Shown piece after piece: positions 57,112 to 64,000 of a stretch of DNA of 64,000 nt. The notes under the pieces are model-generated. The model was given only the letters and a program-made list of their open reading frames with translations. It was not told the origin of the DNA and searched no databases. The position numbers and the translations under genes were made by a program. The stretch's first letter is position 1. Each line of letters opens with the position of its first letter. The DNA is from Myxococcales bacterium UBA1660 (lineage in GTDB: Bacteria > Myxococcota_A > Polyangia > Polyangiales > Houyiibacteriaceae), in contig DCLA01000083.1 in assembly GCA_002320815.1 (NCBI GenBank), forward strand, positions 1,285 to 65,284, given 5' to 3'.

Positions 57112-58337
57112 GCTCCGACCCCCTGGCCGCGCTGCGCGGCGCCCGCGCCCGAACCCTCGCCGCCTTCGGCGACCTGCCCGACGACATCCTCGCGACCTGG
57201 CCGGACCCCGAGTTCTCGCCCCTCTGCTGGCACCTGGGTCACATCGCGTTCACCGAGGCCCACTGGCTACTCCGGCACGTCGGCGGTGACGGGTCCCTCT
57301 CGGTCCCCTACGCCGACCGCTTCGCTCAGGACGGCCGCGACAAGAGCGAGCGCAACGTCGGCTACGATCGCGGCGAGCTCTTCGGGTACCTCGAGGAGGT
57401 CCGAAGCGCGGTCGCCGCGCGCTACGCCGACCTCGATGGCGCCCACCCGCTGATGGCGGCCCACTACCTCGCCGGCTTCCTGGCCGACCACGAGAACCAG
57501 CACCGGGAGACGATGGCCTACGTCCTCGGCTGCGTGCGCGACGCCCAGGCGCCCGCCGAGCTGCCCCCCGCGCCGCTCCTCCAAGACGAGGGACCGCCTC
57601 CGCGGGTCGAGGTCACCGGCGGCAATGTCGTGGTCGGCACCGACGCGCCGAGCGCCTACGACAACGAGCGGCCGGCCCACGCGATCGGCGTCGCTCCCTT
57701 CGCCCTCGACGGTCACCCGGTGACCGCGGCGGCCTGGCAGCGCTTCGTGCGCGCCGGCGGATATGCCCGCGAGGAGCTCTGGACTCCGGCCGGCTGGGCC
57801 TGGCGCGAGGCCCAGGGGATCACGCTGCCCAAGGGGTGGCGCCCCGCCGGCGACTCCCACACCCGAGTGCGCCTCGACGGCACCTTCGCCCTGGACGGGC
57901 GCGAGCCGGTGTGCGGCATCAGCGCCCACGAGGCCGACGCCTACGCCCGCTTCGCCGGCGCGCGCCTGCCCACCGAGCACGAGCTCGAGGCCGCCGCGCG
58001 CGAGGCTCGCCCGCGGATAGTCGGGCTCGGCACCACCGGGCCCGCTCCGGTCGTTCGCGCCGACGACCATCCCACCGACCTCCTGGGCAACGTGTGGGAG
58101 TGGACCGCCAGCGCCTTCGTGCCCTACCCGGGGTTCCGCCCGCATCCCTACCGCGGCTACTCCGAGCCCTACTTCGATGGGCGGCACCGGGTTCTGCGCG
58201 GCGGCTCCTTCGCTACCGACCCGGCCATCGCACGGCCCACCTTCCGCAACTGGTACGTGCCCGAGACGCGGCAGATCTTCGCCGGCCTACGCCTGGCCCA
58301 CGACCTCGAGAACGTCGGTCAGAACGCGTCACCCTGA
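57108..58337 (+). CDS. egtB: EgtB-type sulfoxide synthase (DinB-like plus FGE-sulfatase domains)
   Basis: GTG at 57108 overlapping the egtC stop (GTGA), inside ORF 56349..58337. Blocks are CWHLGHIAFTE, ADHENQHRETM, GNVWEWTAS, PYPGFRPHPYRGYSEPYF and VLRGGSFAT. Confidence 0.85.
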   Translation: MSSDPLAALRGARARTLAAFGDLPDDILATWPDPEFSPLCWHLGHIAFTEAHWLLRHVGGDGSLSVPYADRFAQDGRDKSERNVGYDRGELFGYLEEVRSAVAARYADLDGAHPLMAAHYLAGFLADHENQHRETMAYVLGCVRDAQAPAELPPAPLLQDEGPPPRVEVTGGNVVVGTDAPSAYDNERPAHAIGVAPFALDGHPVTAAAWQRFVRAGGYAREELWTPAGWAWREAQGITLPKGWRPAGDSHTRVRLDGTFALDGREPVCGISAHEADAYARFAGARLPTEHELEAAAREARPRIVGLGTTGPAPVVRADDHPTDLLGNVWEWTASAFVPYPGFRPHPYRGYSEPYFDGRHRVLRGGSFATDPAIARPTFRNWYVPETRQIFAGLRLAHDLENVGQNASP

Positions 58338-58420
58338 CGGCTTGGCGCGGCCAAGTTGCCCCGCGTTGACTGCAAGGTCGGTCGCCCTAGAGGCGTGCTC
58401 CCAACCCGGAGGACCCCTCA

Positions 58421-60484
58421 ATGAGCAAGACGATCGAGACCGGCAACGGCGGTGAACCGCAGCACCAGGCCGCGAGCCTCGAAGAAGCCCTGACGACCGA
58501 CCAGGGCGTCCCCATCAGCGACAACCAGAACTCGCTCAAGGCGGGCAGCCGCGGGCCCGTGCTCCTCGAGGACTTCATCCTCCGCGAGAAGATCACCCAC
58601 TTCGACCACGAGCGGATCCCCGAGCGCGCGGTCCACGCGCGGGGCTACGGCGCCCATGGCTACTTCCAGCCCTACGAGGCCGCCAAGAAGCTCAGCAAGG
58701 CCGCCTTCCTCCAGGACCCCGAGGAGAAGACGCCGGTCTTCGTCCGCTTCTCCACCGTCGCCGGCAACAAGGGGTCGGCGGACCTCGCGCGCGACGTTCG
58801 GGGCTTCGCGGTGAAGTTCTATACGCAGCACGGGAACTTCGACCTCGTCGGCAACAACATCCCGGTCTTCTTCATCCAGGACGCGATCAAGTTCCCCGAC
58901 CTGATCCACTCGGTGAAGCCCGAGCGCGACCGCGGCTTCCCCCAGGCCCAGTCGGCCCACGACACCTTCTGGGACTTCGTGGGCCTCACCCCCGAGAGCC
59001 TGCACATGGCGCTCTGGGCGATGAGCGACCGCGCGATCCCCCGCTCCTTCCGCATGATGGAGGGCTTCGGCGTGCACACCTTCCGGCTCATCGACGCCGA
59101 GGGGAAGAGCACGTACGTGAAGTTCCACTGGCGGCCCAAGCTGGGCACCCAGTCGGTGATGTGGGACGAGGCGCTCAAGATCAACGGCGCCGATCCCGAC
59201 TTCCACCGCAAGGACCTCTGGAACGCCATCGAGGCCGGCGACTACCCCGAGTGGGAGCTCGCCGTGCAGGCCTTCGACGACGAGCAGGCCGATGCCTTCG
59301 ACTTCGACATCCTCGACGCGGGCAAGTTGATCCCGGAGACCCTGATCCCGCTGACGCCCATCGGGAAGATGGTCCTCGACCGCAACGTCGAGGAGTTCTT
59401 CGCCGAGACCGAGCAGGTCGCCTTCTGCCCCTCGCACATGGTGCCCGGCATCGACTTCACCAACGACCCGCTGCTCCAGGGACGGCTCTTCTCCTACCTG
59501 GACACGCAGCTCAGCCGTCTGGGCACGCCCAACTTCGCGCAGATCCCGATCAATCAGCCGAAGTGCCCGGTCCACAACTTCCACCGCGGCGGCCACATGC
59601 AGATGCACGTGCCCAAGAAGGGCCGCATCTCCTACGAGCCCAACTCGCTGCCCGGCGGCACCAAGGCCGCGCATCCCCAGGGCTTCGCGAGCTTCGCGGA
59701 GCAGATGACCGAGGACAAGCGCCGGATCCGCGCCGAGAGCTTCGCCGACCACTACACCCAGGCCCGGCTCTTCTGGAAGAGCCAGACCGAGCCCGAGCAG
59801 CGGCACATCATCAACGCCTTCGCGTTCGAGCTGGGCAACTGCGAGATGCCCCACGTCCGCACCCGGATGCTCGGCCACCTGAAGATCATCGACGACGCGC
59901 TCCACGACGGCGTCGCCTCGGCGCTGGGCATGGAAGGCCAGGCCGACGACATCACCCCGGCGGTGAAGCCGAAGGATCCCGAGCCGGATCCGGCGCTGAG
60001 CATCCTGGCGAAGCTCCCGGAGACCCTGAAGGGACGCAAGGTCGCGGTGCTCGTCGCCGAAGGGACCGACTCGGGCCTCGTCGACGCCGTGAAGAAGATG
60101 GGCAAGGCCGAGGGCGCGATGATCGCGGTCGTCGCCCCGAAGATCGGCGGCGCCAAGGGCACCGGCGGCACCATCGAGGCCGACCGGGCCCTCGCCGCCA
60201 GCCCCTCGGTCGTCTTCGACGCGGTGATCATCGCCGTGACCGGCGACGGCGCGAAGAAGCTGGCCGAGGAAGCCGACGCCAAGGACTTCCTCAACGACGC
60301 CTGGCGCCACTGCAAGGTCATCGGCCACGTCCCGGGCGCCAAGCCGCTCTTCGACGCGGTCGGCCGGTCGATGGACGCCGACGAGGGCACCGTCTCGGTC
60401 GACGGCGGGATCGACGACTTCGTCGCGGTGGCCAAGAAGCACCGCATCTGGGACCGCGAGCCCAAGGTGACCTCCCCCGGCTGA
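58421..60484 (+). CDS. katE: large-subunit monofunctional catalase (HPII type) with a C-terminal DJ-1/PfpI-like domain
   Basis: ORF 58421..60484 with [34 protein letters not shown] and [12 protein letters not shown]. The 687-aa length fits the large-subunit clade. Confidence 0.97.
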   Translation: MSKTIETGNGGEPQHQAASLEEALTTDQGVPISDNQNSLKAGSRGPVLLEDFILREKITHFDHERIPERAVHARGYGAHGYFQPYEAAKKLSKAAFLQDPEEKTPVFVRFSTVAGNKGSADLARDVRGFAVKFYTQHGNFDLVGNNIPVFFIQDAIKFPDLIHSVKPERDRGFPQAQSAHDTFWDFVGLTPESLHMALWAMSDRAIPRSFRMMEGFGVHTFRLIDAEGKSTYVKFHWRPKLGTQSVMWDEALKINGADPDFHRKDLWNAIEAGDYPEWELAVQAFDDEQADAFDFDILDAGKLIPETLIPLTPIGKMVLDRNVEEFFAETEQVAFCPSHMVPGIDFTNDPLLQGRLFSYLDTQLSRLGTPNFAQIPINQPKCPVHNFHRGGHMQMHVPKKGRISYEPNSLPGGTKAAHPQGFASFAEQMTEDKRRIRAESFADHYTQARLFWKSQTEPEQRHIINAFAFELGNCEMPHVRTRMLGHLKIIDDALHDGVASALGMEGQADDITPAVKPKDPEPDPALSILAKLPETLKGRKVAVLVAEGTDSGLVDAVKKMGKAEGAMIAVVAPKIGGAKGTGGTIEADRALAASPSVVFDAVIIAVTGDGAKKLAEEADAKDFLNDAWRHCKVIGHVPGAKPLFDAVGRSMDADEGTVSVDGGIDDFVAVAKKHRIWDREPKVTSPG

Positions 60485-60500
60485 GCCCGGACGCCCCAAG

Positions 60501-60540
60501 AACGACGAAGCGCGGCCCTCGGGCCGCGCTTCGTCGTTTC
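60501..60540 (+). terminator. katE terminator hairpin
   Basis: AACGACGAAGCGCGGCCC-tc-GGGCCGCGCTTCGTCGTT, a perfect 18-bp stem 17 nt after the stop, followed by T. Confidence 0.7.
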
Positions 60541-60708
60541 AGGGGGACAGCGGTGGGTGACGGGATCGTGTCGGGATGCCACGCCTCGTTACGGTGATCA
60601 CGGAACGATCCTGACCACTGGCGGGTGGGTTCGGGCTCGAGAGCGACCGGATTTCCCGAGAAACCTCGCTACGCAGAGCTAGCACGGGGCTTGCATCAGC
60701 CGGCTCCG

Positions 60709-61617
60709 ATGACCCGCCGCGCCGTTCCCGGTCCCCCCTTCACTCACGTCCTCGCCCAGCCCGAGAGCGACGAGGACGTCTTCTACGCGCCCGCAGCGGA
60801 AGCGGCGAGCACCCGGCGGGCCGCGCAGGAGCAGCACGCGCGACTCGCCCACCGGCTGACGGCCCTGGGCGCCCGGCCCCTCTCGGTCCCCTTCCTCCCG
60901 GGGTGTCCCGAGAGCGTCTTCGTCAACGACGTCGCCGTGCTCCGTCGCGCGGGCAAGACGTATCGCGCGCTGATGGGCCGGCCCCATCACCAGCAGCGCC
61001 TCCCGGAGGTCCGGCCGCGCGCGCGGGTGCTCGAGGCCCACGGCTTCCGGCTCCACCACGCCCAACATCACCTCGAGGGCGGCGACGTCCTCTGGACCGG
61101 CCTGCGGACCCTCCTCGGTCACGGCTTCCGTTCGGACCGCCGCGCGGCCGGCGAGCTCGAGCGGTTCACCGGTCGGCCCACGCTCGGTCTCCAGCTCGTG
61201 GACCCGGCTTTCTACCACCTGGACACCGCCCTGGCCTACCTGACCGGCGGAGAGCTCCTGGTCGCCGAGGGCGCCCTGGCCCACCCCGACCTCGTCCGCC
61301 TCCACGACCTCCCCGAGGTGACCGCCGTGGTCCAGGTGCCCCGCCGCTTCGCCATGCGTTTCGGGCTCAACCTGCTGCAGGTCGGCCGCCACGTGCTCCT
61401 CGCCGAGGGGTGCGAGTGGGTCGCCGAGCGCCTCGCCCTCTGGGGCTACCAGCCGGAGCTGCTGCAGCTGGACGAGTTCCACCTCGCCGGCGGCAGCGTC
61501 GCTTGCCTCGCGGCGCCGATCCTCGACGACGGCTACGTGCCGCCGACGGTCGAACCCCGGCCCACTGCAGGGCGGCGCATCACCGCGGATCTGAACGACA
61601 ACTTCGTGGCCGCCTGA
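60709..61617 (+). CDS. amidinotransferase / dimethylarginine-dimethylaminohydrolase-fold (guanidino-group-modifying) enzyme
   Basis: ATG at 60709 inside ORF 60625..61617. Blocks are LEGGDVL, FYHLDTAL, and the C-terminal catalytic-Cys context HLAGGSVACL. Confidence 0.7.
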   Translation: MTRRAVPGPPFTHVLAQPESDEDVFYAPAAEAASTRRAAQEQHARLAHRLTALGARPLSVPFLPGCPESVFVNDVAVLRRAGKTYRALMGRPHHQQRLPEVRPRARVLEAHGFRLHHAQHHLEGGDVLWTGLRTLLGHGFRSDRRAAGELERFTGRPTLGLQLVDPAFYHLDTALAYLTGGELLVAEGALAHPDLVRLHDLPEVTAVVQVPRRFAMRFGLNLLQVGRHVLLAEGCEWVAERLALWGYQPELLQLDEFHLAGGSVACLAAPILDDGYVPPTVEPRPTAGRRITADLNDNFVAA

Positions 61618-61651
61618 ACGGGCCGCCCTCGCCGGTCAGCGCCCGCGCCGG

Positions 61652-63361
61652 TCAGCGCGCGTGGAGCATGAACACGAGGTATTGCCCCCAGGGCGCCCCC
61701 GGCGCCTGATGGAAGATGGCGGCGGCCTGCACGTAGAGCGGCCCCGGTTGGAGCAGCTCCTCCGGGACCTGCAGCGTGTCCAGTCGGCCGCCGGTTCGGA
61801 GCGTCAGCCCGCCCACGGCGTGGTTCCATTCCCGAGCCGCCCGGGCCATGGCGGCCTCGAGCGCCCGACCGGGGTCCTTGCCCTCGCGCACCCGCTCGAG
61901 CTCGCGCACGAGCGCGCTCGGGTCACGCACCTCGGTGGGAGGCTCGAGCCCCCGGGCGACCCGGACCTCCGTGATCCGGTCCAACAGGGCGGTCGCCGTC
62001 GCGGCCGTGGCCGGCGCGCCGGCCGGCGGCGCGTCTTCGTAGCTCGTCACGATGGCCCCGATCCCACCGGCCTCCACCACCGACGCGATCGCGAGGTAGC
62101 GCGCTTCGGGGTCCATGAAGACCGCCCGCATCGAGGGGCGGTCCATCGCGATGCCCAGCCACTCGGCGACATCGGTCGTGCCCATCGCCGACGCCGTCAG
62201 CCGGGCGTCGCGGATGGCTCCCGGGACCTCCCAGCCCGCGAGCATGGTGAGCGCGATCTGGTCTCGGAGCTCGTCCGACGCGCCGCTCCAGAAGTAGTGT
62301 CGCGCCGCGGGCTCGAGCGCCCGGGTCTCGGCCTCGGCGTGCACCAGCGGACCCAGTCCGAACTCGCGTCGAAGCTCCGCCACCCGCGCCAAGACGAGCC
62401 GCTGGAGCTCGCCGGGGTTCGTGGCGCGAGCCGTCGGCCCCACGGCAGTCGGCCGGTGGCGACGAGCGGCGTCCGCGCCGCGGCGCGCCAGCAGGGTGGC
62501 GACCCCTTGGGCGAGGAATCGTCCCTCCCGGAGCAGGCCGACGTCGATGCCCGCGACCTCGTCGGCGGGATCCATCGCGCACCGGAAGGCGACCTCGGGC
62601 AGCGCGACGTTCCGGGCGGCTTCGCACTCGCGCACGCCGTGGTCCCCGACGTTGATCAGAGCCTCCACGTGCCGGGCATCCTCGACGAGGAGCCGACCGC
62701 GGATCACGACGGCCCCGCTTCCGTCCGGCTCGGGTCGGACCTCCCGGAGCACCAGCTCGGGCTGCTCCACGACCAGAGCGAGCGCGCCCCGGCCGCCCGC
62801 TCGCGCGAAGTGCAGACCGATCAACGCATCGCCCACGCCGACCAGCGCCCCTTCGACCCAGCGCCGAGCCGGTCCCTCGTGGGCCGCCCAGACGTCGGCG
62901 TCGGAGACCGACTCCGGATCGCTCGTTTCGTGGATCAGCGTCGTGATGCGGGTGGACACGGCCCCGCAGCGAGCGGCGACGAAGCGCTCCCGGCCCATCG
63001 GCGGCCGCTGCCCGGTCGCCGCGACGTAGCGGGCGAGCTCGCGGGCGTGGCAGCCGGCACCAGCCGACGCGACGACCCCCGGCAGGCGACCGGCGACCGA
63101 GTTGACCAAGAGACCCGCCGGAGTCGTGAGCTCGTGTCCCGCCAGCGCCGGAGCAGCCGGCAAGTCGTCCGAGACTTCCCAGGCCGCGCCCTCGGGCGCC
63201 GCCGGGAACAGGGCCCGCGGGGGCGCGCTCTCCGCCAGCTCCGCCTGGAGCGCGTCCGCATCGGGGAAGTCGAAGATCGACGTCGCGGGGGCGGATCCGC
63301 CGTCCTGGGGGCCACCGCAGGCCGCAATGCAGGCCGCGATCAGGGGAATTCCTCGCCACAT
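61652..63361 (-). CDS. lipoprotein of unknown function (possible CAP/SCP-like C-terminal part)
   Basis: ATG at 63361 (MWRGIPLIAACIAACGGPQ) inside ORF 61652..63400, with good GC3 bias. Confidence 0.65.
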   Translation of the reverse strand: MWRGIPLIAACIAACGGPQDGGSAPATSIFDFPDADALQAELAESAPPRALFPAAPEGAAWEVSDDLPAAPALAGHELTTPAGLLVNSVAGRLPGVVASAGAGCHARELARYVAATGQRPPMGRERFVAARCGAVSTRITTLIHETSDPESVSDADVWAAHEGPARRWVEGALVGVGDALIGLHFARAGGRGALALVVEQPELVLREVRPEPDGSGAVVIRGRLLVEDARHVEALINVGDHGVRECEAARNVALPEVAFRCAMDPADEVAGIDVGLLREGRFLAQGVATLLARRGADAARRHRPTAVGPTARATNPGELQRLVLARVAELRREFGLGPLVHAEAETRALEPAARHYFWSGASDELRDQIALTMLAGWEVPGAIRDARLTASAMGTTDVAEWLGIAMDRPSMRAVFMDPEARYLAIASVVEAGGIGAIVTSYEDAPPAGAPATAATATALLDRITEVRVARGLEPPTEVRDPSALVRELERVREGKDPGRALEAAMARAAREWNHAVGGLTLRTGGRLDTLQVPEELLQPGPLYVQAAAIFHQAPGAPWGQYLVFMLHAR

Positions 63362-63434
63362 GGGCGCCTGAGTACCACCGAACCACAATTCCCGAACCAT
63401 CTTTACGGCCTCGGGTGACTCCCGATGACACTGG

Positions 63435-63869
63435 GTGTACTTTCGAGAGGTGGCTCAACCGCTCTTCCATCTGGCCTTCCCGGTCGTGGACCTCGACACG
63501 ACTCGCGCTTTCTACGTGGGGGTCCTCGGCTGCCGGGAGGGGCGGAGCGCCGACGATTGGGTGGACTTCGAGTTCTTCGGACACCAGATCAGCGCCCATC
63601 GCTCGCCTCCCGATCAGGGAGGGATCGGCTCGAATTCGGTGGATGGCGACCTGGTCCCGGTCCGGCACTTCGGCGCCATCCTGGAGTGGAACGAGTGGGA
63701 AGCCCTCGCCGAGCGCCTCGAGATCGCGGGCGTGTCCTTCGTCATCCGACCCCGGATCCGCTTCGAGGGTCAGGTCGGCGAACAGGGCACGTTCTTCGTC
63801 CGGGACCCGAGCGGCAACGTGATCGAGATGAAGAGCTTTCGCGAGCCAGCGAACGTCTTTGCGCGTTGA
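63435..63869 (+). CDS. VOC (glyoxalase/bleomycin-resistance/dioxygenase) family protein
   Basis: ORF 63435..63869, with an alternative GTG at 63450. Blocks are FHLAFPVVDLDTTRAFYVGVLG and FVRDPSGNVIEM. Confidence 0.8.
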   Translation: MYFREVAQPLFHLAFPVVDLDTTRAFYVGVLGCREGRSADDWVDFEFFGHQISAHRSPPDQGGIGSNSVDGDLVPVRHFGAILEWNEWEALAERLEIAGVSFVIRPRIRFEGQVGEQGTFFVRDPSGNVIEMKSFREPANVFAR

Positions 63870-63875
63870 ACGCGC

Positions 63876-64000
63876 TCAGGGCCCGCGGACGATGAGCTGA
63901 TAGTTCCCGGTCTCTCCGGACTGGAAGCTCGTCACGATCACGGTCCAGGTCCCGGGTTCGGTGATCGCCAGATCCAACCCGGCGTTGGTGGAGCTGCCGC
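63876..64000 (-). CDS. 3' end of a gene whose start lies beyond the window end; tail resembles a pre-peptidase C-terminal-type beta domain
   Basis: My minus-strand translation reads ...GSSTNAGLDLAITEPGTWTVIVTSFQSGETGNYQLIVRGP, with the stop at 63876-63878. Confidence 0.4.
   Translation of the reverse strand, partial: GSSTNAGLDLAITEPGTWTVIVTSFQSGETGNYQLIVRGP

Noticed and set aside
58341-58355. CTTGGC-gcg-GCCAAG dyad after egtB as a terminator, and TTGACT-N16-TAGAGG (58366-58393) as the katE promoter.
   Set aside because: The stem is only 6 bp with no T-tract, and the -10 hexamer is poor. Both are plausible but too weak to list as features.

Overview
High-GC (about 70% by eye) chromosomal segment with roughly 55 tightly packed protein-coding genes on both strands. 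I see no rRNA, tRNA, CRISPR array, transposase, integrase or prophage genes. The gene content suggests a Myxococcota-type genome (inference only): many lipoproteins with a Cys followed by acidic or Gly-rich linkers, two eukaryotic-like Ser/Thr kinases, an NtrC-type AAA+ regulator, a TIGR02265/DUF2378-like protein and a CheB-CheR-PAS mega-sensor. Confident calls are oxyR-ahpC-ahpF, katE (large-subunit catalase), egtC-egtB, hppD, mntP, an M13 peptidase (pepO type), a penicillin-acylase-family Ntn hydrolase, an amidase with its TetR, a TetR-ABC-2 exporter operon followed by a MATE pump, a free-Met-sulfoxide reductase (GAF), GST, a HIT protein and a rhodanese. The window is rich in redox and oxidative-stress functions. 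I found no recognisable defence or mobile system; most of the window looks like ordinary core chromosome. The points most worth a second look are: (1) an NtrC-family activator whose GAFTGA sigma-54 contact loop is degenerate, although it sits back-to-back with a near-consensus sigma-54 promoter driving a small LuxR-type gene, which has a paralogue with a similar upstream layout 33 kb away. (2) A frameshift that splits a roughly 1440-aa CheB-CheR-PAS-HisKA-HATPase-REC-REC sensor. (3) A composite inverted and tandem repeat element that has replaced the 3' end of a LysR gene. (4) An acetoacetate-decarboxylase-like::phytoene-desaturase-like fusion enzyme in an operon with a DUF2378-like gene. (5) egtC-egtB without egtD, egtA or egtE nearby. 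(6) A tiny Tat-signal ORF with an Arg-Gly-repeat tail. All function calls rest on motif recognition by eye. No database search was run.
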